NCBI GenBank assembly: GCA_030390025.1
Contig: CM059432.1
Coordinates: forward strand, 35,838,001-35,902,000
Direction: 5' to 3'
DNA length: 64,000 bases
Source of the DNA: Squalus acanthias
Lineage: Eukaryota
Shown here: one piece after another, positions 1 to 14,200 of the stretch
Position numbering within the stretch: position 1 is the first letter of the stretch
How the letters are laid out: every line of letters begins with the position of its first letter
Translations under genes and position numbers: made by a program
The notes under the pieces: model-generated
Databases searched by the model: none
What the model saw: the letters and a program-made list of their open reading frames with translations, nothing else
What the model was told of the DNA's origin: nothing

Positions 1-201
1 AAGAATTTTTTAATATGCTCAGTTTATCTTGTGCTTTCTCAGTTTGAAACAGTTTGGGCCCTCAAGATTTTGCAGAAAATACCTCTCCACATTAATCTTT
101 TTACATTTAGATACCTGATCACATCCTACCTCCACTTCAAACTTCATGTCCTTTCTCTGACATTGAATTTACTTTCATTAGTTATAGTTTAATTTTTTTT
201 T

Positions 202-515
202 GAGATGAAACGTTAAAGTGAGGCACCGTCTGGCCCTCTCAGGTAAAAGATCCCTTGGCACTGTTCAAAGAAGTGCATGGGAGTTCTCCTCAGTGTCCTG
301 GCCAATATTTATCTCCCAATCATCATCACTAAAACAAATTACCTGGTCATTTATCTTACTGCTGTTTCTGGGACCTTGCTCTGGGCAAATTGGCTGACGT
401 TTTCCCCTACATTTCAACATTGCCTACACTTCAAATGTACTTCATTAGCTGTGAAGCACTTTGGTATGTCTTGAGGATGTGAAAGACACTATATGAATGC
501 AAGTTCATTTTTTCT
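202..515 (+). mobile_element. SINE fragment (DeuSINE/SacSINE1-like body with L2-type tail)
   Basis: Body 'taaaagatcccttggcactgttcaaagaag...ctttggtatgtcttgaggatgtgaaagacactatatgaatgcaagtt' recurs at ~26262-26650 and ~54167-54470. Its tail resembles the L2 3' end at ~38190-38250. Boundaries approximate. Confidence 0.7.
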
Positions 516-611
516 TTAAAACCTGGAAGGGCAAATTGCTCTGGTCCCTATGTGTATTGATACTTTGAATGATTTCATAAAAGTTTCCCTTGGTCAACAC
601 ATTCAAACAGA

Positions 612-1135
612 ACGCATTCAGTTTTGGGCGCCAATCCTCAGGAAGGATATATTGGCCTTGAAAGGGGTGCAGCACAGATTCACCAGAATGCTACCAGGGC
701 TTAAAGGGTTACATTATGAGGACAGGTTGCATAAACTTGGCTTGTATTCTGTTGCGTTTAGCTGGTTGAGGGGTGATCTAATTGAGATGTTTAAAATGAT
801 AATGGGATTCGATAGGGTAGATACAGAGAAACTATTTCCTCTGGTGGGGGAAACCAGAATCCAAGAGGGCACAATTTTAAAATTAAGCCATTTGGGAGGG
901 AATCAGGAGGCACTTTTTTTACACAAAGAATAGTGGAAATCTGGAACTCTCCCCAAAAGGCTGTGGTGCTCGGTAAATTGAAATTTTCAAGACTGAGATT
1001 TGACGGATTCTTGTTGAATAAGGGTATCAAGAGATATGAAGCTAAGGCGGGTAAGTGGAGTTGAGATACAGATCAGCCATGATCTAATTGAATAGCGGAA
1101 CAGACTTGAATGGCATGCTCCTGTTCCTATGTTTC
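612..1135 (+). mobile_element. CR1 LINE 3' fragment
   Basis: [24 protein letters not shown]...RGDLIEMFK, the CR1 ORF2 C-terminus, followed by the CR1 3' UTR and tail. Confidence 0.85.
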
Positions 1136-1554
1136 CATGTAGCATGTTGACTATTTCACTGGAAGTATCAACCAAAATTCTCCATAAATGTATTTATGAT
1201 GCCATACATGGCAGCTACACCATTTCATCCTTTGTAGTGATTCTATGAATCCTATCCATTGTCTTTATTTTCAAATCCAGTGACCACGCCTCAGCAATAT
1301 CCCACGTGTCACTTCACCAATGCTAACAGCAGCTCTCTTCCCCTCCTGATGTCTCAGTAGATAAATGCATCACTTGGTGTCACACTGAGGCATAAAAATT
1401 GGGTTCCATCTGCTGTCAGTGCTGAGTTTGCGAATCTCGACCTGGACAGTAGTTGGGGTGCTATAATTGGCCTCAGTATTCCTGAGCTTGGAAGGGAAAA
1501 ATCAGCCAGGGTTCCTGCTCCTGGTCACTGTCCAGGAATCCCTGATGGAAAATG

Positions 1555-4292
1555 CATAGGTTACATAGGATATGCAGCACAGAAACAGGCCATTCAGCCC
1601 AACCAGTCCATGCCAGCGTTTATGCTCCACTCAAGCCTCCTCCCATCTTTCCTCATCTAAATCTATCAGCATAACCCTCTATTCCCTTCTCCCTCATATG
1701 CTTGTCCAGCCTCCCCTTAAAGGCATCTATACTTTTCGCTTCAACCACTCCCTGTAGTAGCAAGTTCCACGTTCTCACCACTCTTTGGTTAAATAAGTTT
1801 CTTCTGAATTCTCTATTGGATTTCTTGGTAACTGTCTTATATTGATGGCCTCTAGTTATGCTATTCCCCACAAGTGGAAACATTCTCTCTCTATCCACTC
1901 TATCAAAACCTTTCATAATTTTAAAGACCTCTATTAGGTCACCCCTCAGCCTTTTTTCAGGAGAAAAGACACCCAGCTTATTCATCCTTTCCTGATATGT
2001 ATACCCTCGCATTTCTGGTATCATCCTTGTAAATCTTCTCTGCATCCTCTCCAGTGCCTCTATATATCCTTTTTATAATATGGCAACCAGAACTGTACGC
2101 AGTACTCTAAGTGTGGTCTAACCAAGGTTCGATACAGGATTAGCATAACTTCCCTACTTTTTAATTTTATACCTCTAGAAATAAACCCTAGTGCTTGGTT
2201 TGCTTTATTTATGGCCTTGCTAACCTGTGCCGCAACTTTTAGTGATTTGTATATTTGTACTCCGAGACCCCTTTATTCCTCTACCCCACCTAGACTCGCA
2301 CCCTCCAAGTAATAAGTGACCTCCCTATTCTTCCTACCAAAATGTAATAACTCACATTTATCTGTGTTGAACTTCATTTACCAATTATATGCCCATTCTA
2401 CAAGTTTATTAATGTCCTCCTGTAATGTGTTGCAGTCCTCCTCAGTATTGACTATCCCCCCCAATTTGGTGTCATCCGCAAATTTAGAAATTGTGTTTTT
2501 GATTCCAAAGTCTAAATTGTTAATGAACAACAGTGGTCCCAGCACTGATCCTTGTGGAACACCACTACCCACCTTCTGCCACTGTATATAGCTATCTTTT
2601 ACCCCTACTCTCTGCTTTCTGTCTTGAAGCCAGCTAGCTATCCATTCTGCTGCTTGTCCCCTGACTCCACATTCTCTGACCTTGTTCATCAGTCTATTAT
2701 GGGGTACCCTATCAAAGGTCTTTTGAAAATCTAGATAAATTACATCTACTACATTACCATTGTCTACTCTCTCTGTTACCTCTTCAAAAAATTCATGAGG
2801 TTGGTCAAGCAAGACTTTCCCTTTTGAAATCCATGCTGACTGTTCCTTATTATTTTTTTGGTTTCTAGATGTTCTTCTATTTTCTCCTTTAGTAGGATTC
2901 CATTATTTTTCCGACCACCAATGTTAAGCTGACTGGTCTATAGTTCCCTGGACATGTTCTATCTCCCTTCTTAAATATAGGTTTTCCATTAGCTATCCGC
3001 CAGTCCTCTGGTACTACACCTTTTTCTAATGAATTATTAAATATGTGTAGTAATGCCTCTGCTATCTCTCTCCTAGATTCTTTTAAAAGGCGTGGATGCA
3101 ATCCATCTGAACTAGGGGTTTTATCCTCTTTGAGTTTGATTAGTTTATTTAATATATCCCCTCTTTTTATTTTAAATGCACTTATCTCATTACTAATCTC
3201 ATCATCCAATGTCATGTCCACCTGTTCTATCTCCCTGGTAAATACTGAAGCAAAATAATTATTTAATATTTCTGCCATCTCTCTATCGTTACCTGTGGTA
3301 TTATCCTGTCTATCCCTTAATGGCTCTATTCCTATTCCAAGCTTCCTTTTTTTATTGATGTGCCTGTAAAATATTTTACTATTTTGTTTTATGTTCCTTG
3401 ATAATTTAATTTCATAGTTCCTCTTTGCCTTCCTAATTGTTTTTTTTTAAATTCTCTCCTAATCTCTTTGTATTCTCCCTTATCGTGCACTCCCCTGCTG
3501 TCTATGTACTTAATGTATGCCTCTGTCCTTACCCTCAATTGTTCCCTTATGGCTTTATTCATCCATGGAATCTCATTAGTGTTTAGTTTGTTCTTTCCTT
3601 TTAGCGGAATATATTGTTCCTGCACTCTGTTGAACACCGTTTTAAATGTTTCCCATTGCTGTTCTACATTGTTGTTTGCCAATATTGTTGCCTATTTTAT
3701 TTTCCCAAGTTCTATTCTCAGCCCCTCAAAATCAGCTTTTCTTCAATCTATTACCCTGGATTTCATCATACTTATGTCCTTCTCAATTATCAACTTAAAG
3801 CACATTATATTATGGTCACTATTGCCTAAATGTTCCCCTACTTTTACTTCTTTATCTGCTCTGGTTCATTCCCCATTACTAGATCCAATAGCGAATCCTC
3901 CCTTGTTGAGCTTTTTACATATTGGGTTAGAAAGGAGTCCTGTACACATTGTAGGAACTCCATTCCCTTATCCCCTTTACCTACTTCTTATGTGCATTAA
4001 TATCGGGGTAGTTGAAATCCCCCATGATGATTATTCTATGTTTTTTACTCATTTCCCTAATTTGTCTGCATATTTCTTCCTCCACCTCCCTTCCACTATT
4101 AGGTGCTCTGTGGACTACACCTATTAGTGTGATTGATCCTTTATTATCTTTTATCTCTATCCATATGAATTCTATTTTTGTCTTGCTGATAGCTGCGTCA
4201 CTTTTTTCTACTGCCATTATGTTATCCCTAATACGTACAGCTACTTCACCTCCCTTTTCCCTCTCTCTATCTTTTCTAAATATGTTATACAC
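1555..4292 (-). mobile_element. 5'-truncated, decayed CR1 LINE (APE + RT, multiple frameshifts)
   Basis: Minus-strand ORFs give MGDFNYPDIN (APE), [25 protein letters not shown] and RRFTRMIP in collinear order. Confidence 0.93.
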
Positions 4293-4945
4293 GTGTGAAT
4301 ATTGGATGAGGACAGGATTGAGTTCGACTGTGATGCCGCTTACAGTCGAATAGTAACTTTTGCCCTTTCTAGATCTGTAACATCCTCTATAAGACCACCA
4401 TGTACCAGTTCCATCAAATACTCAAAGAATTTCAGCACCTTTCAGACACTTCTCAATGTGCATGAGGGGGCGGTGAGCAGGGTTTGAAGATAACTCACCA
4501 TTTGGTCTTCCCCCAGTGACCCAGTGGATAAAGGCACCGTGTGATTTAGGACTAGCCCATCAAAAGGGTCCTACTTCAAGTCCCAATCTGTGCTGAGTTA
4601 GTTGGTCTCAGCTGAGGAAATGGCTGGGGTGCTGATGTTGGCTGCTGCACCCCTGGATTTTGGGGGTGGGGATAATCAGCCAGTGTGCCTGCTTCGATTG
4701 CTATCCAGTATTCCCTGCTGGAAAGTGGTGACGACAGGATCAGGTTCAATTGTGATGCTTCCCACTGTCAAATAGCCTATGGAACTGTATCACAGCAAGG
4801 GGCGGCACCTTTTGGAGAGAAGGGAATCAAAAGGGAGCAAATCTAAGGAAAAAATAATATCTAACAAAAACAGTTTGGTCCAATTAGGGTTCATTCCTCC
4901 TTCTAGTTTTATTCCTGATTTCTGCTTTCCACCTTTGTGACTCAG

Positions 4946-5154
4946 CACTCCTCCACTGAAGGCGGTGATGTTTGAAGTGTTCAAAACGGAGAAAGGGCGC
5001 GAGATTAACCGCATCCTGATTGAGAATAAAAGTATTCTCAGTGACAAGAGGAAGAGTCTGAAGGAGCTGACTGAGAGGATCAACAACACCAAGGAGGAGA
5101 TCGACATCACTAACCAGGTGCTCAACGTCAAGAAACGGGAGCGGCAGGACCAAG
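4946..5154 (+). CDS. KIF9: Kinesin KIF9, C-terminal region exon (209 bp)
   Basis: ctcag|c...caag|gtaatg. Encodes TPPLKAVMFEVFKTEKGREINRILIENKSILSDKRK...ERQDQ, matching remembered human KIF9 'TPPSKPVAFEEFKNEQGSEINRIFKENKSIL'. Its phase-1 end fits the next exon. Confidence 0.93.
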
Positions 5155-5324
5155 GTAATGCCACAAGGGCAGTGTACAAGTTCTGAGACACACTTGCCTA
5201 GAAGATACCAGGCTTGATTCCCCAGTCTGCTGGGTTAGCTGAACTAGGGCAGCAGTAATGGCACTGCAATCATCCCACGGTTCCTGCTCCTCATCACTGT
5301 CCTGTTATCCCTGCTGAAAATTGC

Positions 5325-5672
5325 CTTTTTTTCCCCCATTCTCGGGATGTGGGCGTCACTAGCGAGGCTAGCATTGATTGCCCATCCCTAGTTGCCCTGG
5401 GAAGGTGGTGATACAACCGAGTGGCTTGCTTGGCCACTTCAGAGGGCAGTTAAGAGTCAACTATGTTGGTGTGGGACTGGAGTCACTCATAAGCCATACC
5501 GGATAAGGATGGCAGGTTCCTTCTCTAAAGGACATTAGTGAACCAGTTGGATTCTTATGACGATCCGATTGCTTCATTGTCCCTTTTTTTAAAGCTGAAT
5601 TCAAATGATCAAACTGCCATTGTGGGATTTGAGCTCACATTCTCTGGATTACTAGTCCAGTAATCTAACCAC
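5325..5672 (-). mobile_element. tRNA-headed SINE with RTEX-type tail
   Basis: Reverse complement matches the SINE at 60281-60684 (head, body and the 'gggcaataaatgctggcc...gacgcccacatccc' tail). Confidence 0.75.
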
Positions 5673-6677
5673 TAAGTCCAATAAATGTGTGTGTAAACGT
5701 CAGGTCAGTACAGGATCCAACTCAGGCTGTGATAGCCCTCTGCAGTAGAATAGCTCACAGACACTCGCTGTCCAGGCTCGCACCCTTGGCCAAGGTATCA
5801 AGGCAGCCGATGTCTTTAGCGTATGCCCAGTTTAAATAGACTGACTCCAGCCTGGAAACAAAAAGGGGATAAAATTGGAGGGAGGGAATATTCGTAACTG
5901 TAATAATGTCGCCTCCGCATTGAGCACTTGTGGACAGCTACAATTTGGATGATTCAGTCTTCAAGTTCTCCTCCCCGCTCCACTCCCCTGCCCAGTGTGG
6001 TGTGTCACAAGGAAAATTGAACATGTTTGTACTACTGTACCTTGTGCCTCCTAGCAGCCAACGCAAGGGGACATTAGTAAAGGTGAGGGAGCAGGTCATT
6101 TCATCGATCTTGGCATCAAAGGTATAAGTCTGAGCTACGGCATGGAGAAATAGGATGTTATGATATTTTAACTTTTCCAGAAATGGACTTTTTGCCCACA
6201 GCCCTCAGGCCCCATTCATAAATGCCCCAGCGTACAACTTTTATGATTTCACTGCTGGAACGGGGCAGTGGGTTCTCGTTCAAATTATGTTCCCAGCTCC
6301 CCCGATGGCTCAGTGGGTAGACAGACAAGGACGATCCGATTTCAGTTCTCTGGTCTGTGCTGAGTTAGTTGTGCTCAGCCAAAGCAGCAGTTGATGCGCT
6401 GCAATTGGACTCAGTATCACGTGCCTGCGGGGAGGGGTGGGGGAAATGACCAGGGTTCCTGTTTCTGATTGCTAGCCGATGATCCCTGCTGGAAAGTGTA
6501 TGCCTTCAGACAAGGACAGGATAAGACTGGTGTGTGGTGGTCAATAGTTGTACTTGACTCACTACCATCTATTATCCTCAATATAGCTCATTGTGCTTAT
6601 AACAGAGTTCTGTACTAAGGACCACAGCCTGAAAATGCCCAAACTTGTTTGATTGTGGTTCTTTCCATACCTGACAG

Positions 6678-6857
6678 GTGAGTACATGAACGAACAAGGT
6701 GACCCCATAATCGATGAAGATGAGTTCAATCTAATCATGCAGCTGAAGAATCTGAAACAGCACTACCGGCATGATTTTGACGCATTGCGAGACCTGCGGG
6801 TGGAGCTGCAGTACTGCCAGAAGCTGGTCGACCAGTGCAGGCTGCGGCTGCTGACAG
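6678..6857 (+). CDS. KIF9: KIF9 exon (180 bp)
   Basis: gacag|gt...acag|gtaagg. Encodes GEYMNEQGDPIIDEDEFNLIMQLKNLKQHYR...LRVELQYCQKLVDQCRLRLLT, matching KIF9 'IIDEEEFLLILKLKDLKKQYR...EIQYCQHLVDQCRHRLL'. Confidence 0.95.
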
Positions 6858-8651
6858 GTAAGGGAAGACCACTCAGCCCCAAGGTGCGCTTCAGGTGAGA
6901 GTCTGTGCCTATTTCAGTGGCTCAGATAGATTTTAAAGATGCCAAGACACTATTGAAAGAAGAGTAGGAAGTAGTCCTGGCCAACATTCCTCCCTCAACC
7001 AAAAAACAGATTTACTGTTTGTGGGATCTTACTTTGCACAAAAAGGCTACAAAGTAACTCATTGGATGTGAGACACTGAGACATTTCTGAGAGACATGAT
7101 AAGGCGCTATATAAATGTAACTCTTCTACTAAACCATATAGACTAGAAGATCCCAGGTACAATCCTAAGTCCTCGATGAATGCTTTCTGCTCTCTCAACT
7201 CTTGAATCCAGTGACCAAACTATAGTGTTACTCCATGTGTGATCTCACTAATGCCATATAAAGTGTCACTTTACGTGCCACAGTTTACAAAGTGGTATTC
7301 CTAATGCTTAACCTTCCTTTGGAGAACACAGTGATTGTGGGTGGAGACCTACCCTATATCTTGAGAGGCTTCCCAGTGACCCAGACAGGCATTTATGGTA
7401 GTCGTAGTAAGATACAGTGACATAGTACATGGTCTGCCCTCCACTGAACAGGGAAGGAGTTCACCTTTTAGTCCAACCCACACAAGTTGTAATCCGGACT
7501 AGACTAAAACCCTAAAACACCCACCTGCCATTGGTTCATAGATGCACCATTGCCCTGTTGTCAACTCTGATGACATATCTGTTAATCTTCAATTAACACA
7601 AGGGATCTCCAACCCCCCACCCCTCCCCAACGCCGGTGACCCAGCCCATCCCTCCTAATGACCACAAATTCACAGCCAAGAACTGACACCTAACATTGCA
7701 ATGGGTAAATATCAACAGCAGTCCTCAGAGGCTACAAAGGACCGACCTCTTCAACCAAAATCCACAAGATGCTCCAAATCCAAACTAGGAGCGCAAACAG
7801 GTGAGCTAGAATTCCAACATACGAGACGACATGCTGAAAGTGGGCTGATCCAGACTCGGGGAGAGCTAATAAACCTGTTCTCTGCAGGCATTGAGAGGAT
7901 GTTATCGTTATACTGCGAGCAGGGAAACAAGCCAGGAACGCATATACCTTGCACAAGCAAACACAGCATAGAACCACTAAATTGATGCTTCATTCATACA
8001 GCCAAGCCATCAACCACCCCACCAAAATCAACAAGGAATTTTCCTCCCTCTGTATCTCTGACGCACAGGAAACGAAATGCTTCGCAGCCAAGCTCACATT
8101 CCCCCTAGAGGAGAATGCACAGCAGCTAGGCCAATCTATTGGCACAGGACTCCTATCTGGCAAAGTACCAGAGCTAGAAAGCAGATTCCACAAAGTGTTA
8201 GGTGGAAAAATTCAGTTGATTAGCGCCTCCCGTTAGCGCCAGCAGCTGGGCAAGGTGAATCCAGTGCCGCATGGCAAATCCAGTCCCCCCGTTGCGCCGC
8301 CGGTACAAGGTACCGCTGGGGACTTCAACGCCAGGCAGATCGTGACGTCAGTGAGCGTCCGATCTGCGACATTGACTTTCACCATGTACCTTAGCGCTTC
8401 GACCAGACAGCGACGGGGAGAGGAGGCGTCAAGCTGGCGGAAGCCGGCTCCAGGGACGTTATTTAAAGGATCATGAGTAATGAGTCCCAGCTGTCAGGTT
8501 AGTGGAGTTTCAGAGCTTTCTTGTCAGTTTGACATTGTGCAACAGTTCAATTCATGAATTTAAAGGTTCTTCTGTATCAGGAGTGTTGTAACTAAAAAGT
8601 AGTTACATTTATTCTTAAAAAATATCAAAGTGCTACACTTGGCTTACATTA

Positions 8652-9772
8652 ATGGGGGCTGTACGGGCAGTCGACCTCGCCCTCCAGGATCTACGGCAGA
8701 GGGAGCGGAGGCAGCAAGAAAAACTGGAACATGTGGCCAGGGGGAGGAGGAGTGCCATCAGGGCTCTCAACAGGAGGCCTTACCCTCCGAGGGTATTCTG
8801 AGAGCACTTCTCCTACCTCCAATTAAACGAGGAGCAGTGTATTAGAAGTCTCCGCTTCAACAAGGAGGTGGTCACAGAACTCTGCCACCTCCTGCAACCA
8901 GACCTCGAGCCTCAGATCAGGGCGACCACGGCTCAGTGGCAGTCACCGTCGCCCTCAATTTCTTGGCCAGCGGATCCTTCCAGTCTGCAACAGGAGACGT
9001 AGCTAACATCTCGCAGTTCGCTGTCCATCGCTGAATCATGCAGGCACAGAGACTCTCTACAGTAGGAGAAGGGACTACGTTTCCTTCCCTAGCACCAGAG
9101 AGAAGCAGGACGAGCGGCCTGTGGCTTTGCCAGGATAGCAGGAATCCCCATGGTGCAGGGTGCCATTGACTGCACCCACGTGGCTTTGCGGGCACTGCAT
9201 AACAATCCTGACATCTTCTGTAACCGCAAAGGCTACCACTCACTTAATGTGCAGTTGGTGTGCGACCACACACATCGAATCCTTAATGTGAATGCCCGCT
9301 ATCCTGGCAGCAGCCACGATGCCTTCATCCTGCACCAGACCGGTGTGCCAGCATTCTTCCAGCCACCACGTCAAGCTCACTGCTGGCTGCTTGGAGATGA
9401 GGGCTATCCACTCTCCACCTGGCTCATGACTCCCCTCTCAACCCCAACACTCCTGCCCAGCACTCATATAATGAGAGCCATGCTGCGACCAGGAACATCA
9501 ACGAGCAGACCATCGGGGTGCTTGAGCAACAATTCCGCTGCCTTGACCGCTCGGGAGGAGCTCTCCAGTACTCAGCTGAGCGGGTGTCCCACTTCGTGGT
9601 GGTCTGCTGTACGCTCCACAACTTGGCCAGCATGAGGGCCCAGCCCTTGCCACCAGGGATTGTGGGACCACCTCAGGAGAGGAGGAGGAGGAGGAGGAGG
9701 AACAGGAGCGAGGGTGGAGACAGCCACTCAATCAGCCTTCCGGATCGCCTCATCAGACTGCGGTTCCAATAA
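8652..9772 (+). pseudogene. Harbinger (HARBI1-like) DDE transposase, frameshifted
   Basis: VQGAIDCTHVAL...NRKGYHSLNVQLVCD...YPGSSHDAFIL...WLLGDEGYPL...EQTIGVL.QQFRCLD...CCTLHNLA motifs split over frames. TATA-like tatttaaa near 8460. Confidence 0.9.
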
Positions 9773-11241
9773 TTAAACCCCAGATCCCCGTTGCTCACCA
9801 CATCCCCATCATTCCATCCCTGTCGCACGCCATATCACAGCGCAAAGCTGAAATGAGAGATACCACAAAAGAATCCAATCTGAATAAATAAATTTATCAA
9901 TCAGTGAACACATATTTAAAACAACAATATTAACTATTCACCCTTGTGCAATCCCGAGTGCCTCTCATTACTGTGCCTTTGCCTACTCTAGTGCTCCTAT
10001 GAAGTGTTGGCCCAGTGGCTGCAGCAGGGCTGGTGGAAGACTGCTGAGTGTCCATGCGGGAGACTTCAGATGGCCTTGCAGGACGCCCTCGACCAGCTCT
10101 GGACCTGGAAGGCCCGGTTGTAGACTGCACCACCTCAGCATGGGCGGCAGCAGTCTGGGCTGGCTGGATGACCGGCAGCGACGAGGGCAATGCTGTCATC
10201 CTGAGAGAGGACAGTAGGTTCCTGCTCCACTGACCCACTGCCACTCCCCCGGGGCAGCTCCTCAACATCCCTAGCAATCTATTGGAGTACAGATTGCTGG
10301 CCTGCTGCGACACTGTGAAAGCCCCAGTCGATGGTGGTAGACCCCAGCCGCGATGGCAGCAGTCAGAGCTTGCGTGGCATCAAGCTGAGACTGCATGAGA
10401 GCAGTCTGAGATTGGATGCCACCAAGCATAGACTGCATTACAGCACTAAGACGTTGCGTCGCTTCCACCTGTGCTGCAATGGAAGCTGCCAGGTCGCCCA
10501 TCACATGCAGCATCAGGTCTGGGTCGCCAGGTCTCTCTGGGAGTGTACCATCCTTTGCAGACTGGAAATGATGGGCTCCATGGTGTGCGCAGAGCCTTGT
10601 GCAATGTTGGAGGCGCACTCCTCCACACTCCTCATTATTGCTGAGAGGCTCTCGGGCACCCTTGCCATTGCACCTATCATATCTGTCTGCATGCCCATCA
10701 CCCTTCTTCTAAACGCCTCCCCATTGAGGTCCTCCTCTGAGTCTTGTGCAGCAGAACTCGTCCTCCGGGGAGCTGGCCCCCAAGCTACCCTTTCCCCCTG
10801 GCCTTGCTGCAGCCCACTCGTTCCCGGTGCCTCACCCTGTGCAGATCCCGCTACTATACTAGCCTCTAAAGAACGCGGAGTGCCAGTATCTGAGCTGGTG
10901 CCTGCGGGTGAGACATGCAGTGACGCAGTGTGTTTTTCCTTCTCTTCTCCCGCCTCGCTCTCAACGGTGCCCTCTGCGCAGGTCCTTGCTCATTATCTGA
11001 AAGCATAAAGGCAGAAGAGTCGGGTTAAGGTGAGGGGAAGGGGGCAGGAAGGGAGAAATGCATGCATACAGCATGATTAGCTGGAAAGTGCGAAACACTT
11101 GTGGGGTGAGGGGGAAGTGGGATGTGACGAGGAGGAGTAGGGCTGAACATATCGTTGCTTTCCCCAAGGGGGTCAACGTCGCCAGTGGCCACGGCACCCA
11201 CCACCTGCGCCCAATGATTTGCAACACTCTTTCCTCCAGCT

Positions 11242-14200
11242 GTTGAACACCGCTTGGAAGAAGCACTGAGAGTAGCAAGGGCACAGAATGTACTCTGGGT
11301 GGGGGACTTCAATGTCCATCACCAAGAGTGGTTCGGTAGCACCACTACTGACCGAGCTGGCCGAGTCCTGAAGGACATAACTGCGAGTCTGGGCCTGCGA
11401 AAGGCGGTGAGTGAACCAACAAGAGGGAAAAACCTACTTGACCTCGTCCTCACCAATCTACCTGTCGCAGATGCATCTGTCCATGACGGCATTGGCAGCA
11501 GTGACCACTGCACAGTCATTGTGGAGACGAAGTCCCGTCTTCACACTGAGGACACCCTCCATCGTGTTGTGTGGCACTACCACCGTGCTAAATGGGATAG
11601 ATTCAGAACAGATCTAGCAGCTCAAAACTGGGCATCCATGAGGCGCTGTGAGCCATCAGCAGCAGCAGAATTGTATTCCATCACAATCTGTAACCTCATG
11701 GCCAGGCCCAGGCATATCCCTCACTCTAGCATTACCACCAAGCCAGGGGACTAACCCTGGTTCAACGAGTGTAGAAGAGCATGCCAGGAGTAGCACCAGG
11801 TGTACCTAAAAATGAGGTGCCAAACTGGGGAAGCTGCAACACAGGACCCATGCATGCTAAAAAGTGGAAGCAGCATGCTATAGACAGGGCTAAGCGATCT
11901 CACAATCAACGGATCAGATCAAAGCTCTGTAGTCCTGCCACATCCAGTCGTGAATGGTGGTGGACCATTAAACAACTAACGGGAGGAGGAGGCTCCAAGA
12001 ATATCCCCATCCTCAATGCTGGTGGAGCCCAGCACATGAGTGCAAAAGACAAGGCTGAAGCATTTGCAACCAACTTCAGCTAGAAGTGCTGAGTGGATGA
12101 TCCATATCAGCCTACTCCTGAGGTCCCCACCATCACAGAAGCCATTCTTCAGCCAATTCGATTCACTCCACGTGATATCAAGAAACGGCTGAGCGCACTG
12201 GATGCAGCAAAGGCTATGGGCCCCGACAACATCCCGGCTATCGTGCTGAAGACTTGTGCTCCAGAACTAGCCGCGCCTCTAGCCAAGCTGTTCCAGTACA
12301 GCTACAACACTGGCATCTATCCAACAATGTGGAAAACTGCCCAGGTATGTCCTGTCCACAAAAAGCAGGACAAATCCAATTCGGCCAATTCCCGCCCCAT
12401 CAGTCTGCTCTCAATCATCAGCAAAGTGATGGAAGGTGTCATCGACAGTGCTATCAAGCGGCACTTACTCACTAATAACCTGCTCACTGATGCCCAGTTT
12501 GGGTTCCGTCAAGACCACTCGGCTCCCGACCTCATTACAGCCTTGGTCCAAACATGGACAAAGGAGCTGAATTCCAGAGGTGAGGCGAGAGTGACTGCCC
12601 TTGACATCAACATTGAAACATAGAAGATAGGAGCAGGAGTAGACCATTCGGCCCCTCGAGCCTGCTCCGCCATTTAATCAGATCATGGCTGATCACCCAA
12701 ATTCAGTACCCTGTCCCTGCTTTCTCCCCATATCCCTTGATCCCTTTAGCCTTAAGAAATATATCTAACTCCTTCTTGAATATATTTAATGAATTGGCCT
12801 CAACTGCCTTCTGTGGTAGAGAATTCCACAGGTTCACCACTCTCTGGGTGAAGAAATTCCTCCTCATCTCAGTCCTAAATGGCTTACCCCTTATCCTTAG
12901 ACTGTGACCCCTGGTTCTGGACTCCCCCGCCATCGGGAACATCCTTCCTGCATCTAGTCTGTCTAGTCCTGTTAGAATTTTATAAGTTTCAATGAGATCC
13001 CCTCTCATTCTTCTAAACTCTAGCGAATACAAGCCCAATCGTCCCAATCTCTCTTCATACGTCATTCCTGCCATCCCAGGTATCAGTCTGGTGAATCTTC
13101 GCTGCACTCCCTCCATGGCAAGAACATCCTTCCTCAGATAAGGCGACCAAAACTGCACACAATACTCAAGGTGTGGTCTCACCAAGGCCCTGTACAACTG
13201 CAGCAAGACATCCTTGCTCCTATACTCGAATCCTCTCGCTATGAAGGCCAACATCCCATTTCCCTTCTTAACCGCCTGCTGCACCTGCATGCTTACCTTC
13301 AACGACTGGTGCACAAGGACTCCCAGGACTCGTTGCACTTCCCCTTTTCCCAATCTATTGCCGTTCAGATAATAATCTGCCTTCCTGTTTTTGCCACCAA
13401 AGTGGATAACCTCGCATTTATCCACATTATACTGCATCTGCCATGCATCTGCCCAATCACCCAACTTGTCCAAATCATACTGGAGTTTCTCTGCATCCTC
13501 CTCGCAACACACACGCCCACCCAGCTTTGTGTCGTCTGCAAACTTGGGAGATATTACATCTAGTTCCCTCGTCTAGATCATTAATATATATTGTGAATAA
13601 CTGGGATCCTAGCACCGATCCCTGCGGTACCCCACTCGTCACTGCCTGCCACTCGGAAAAAGACCCGTTTATTCCAACTCTTTGCTTCCTGTCTGCCAAT
13701 CAGTTCTCTATCCAAGTCAGTACCTTACCCCCAATCCCATGTGCTTTAACTTTACACGCTAATCTCTTATGCGGGACCTTATCGAAAGCCTTCTGAAAGT
13801 CCAAATACACCACATCCACTGGTTCTCCCTTATCTATTCTACCAGTTACATCCTCAAAAAATTCCAGTAGATTAGTCAAGCATGATTTACCTTTTGTAAA
13901 TCCATGTTGACTTTGTCCGATCCTGTCACTGTTTTCCAAGTGCTCTGCTATTATATCTTTTATAATGGACTCTAGCATTTTCCCCACTACCGATGTCAAG
14001 CTTACCGGTCTATAATTCCCCGTTTTCTCTCTCCCACCTTTTTTAAATAGTGGGGTTACATTAGCAACCTCCAATCCATGGGAACTGTTCCAGAGTCTAT
14101 ACAATTTTGGAAGATGACCAGCAATGCATCTACTATTTCTAGGGCCACTTCCTTAAGTACCCTAAGATGTAGATTATCAGGCCCTGGGGATTTATCGGCC

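Noticed and set aside
3468..4127. Long hydrophobic ORFs antisense to LINEs (here and elsewhere)
   Set aside because: Shadow frames of A-rich CR1 coding strands.
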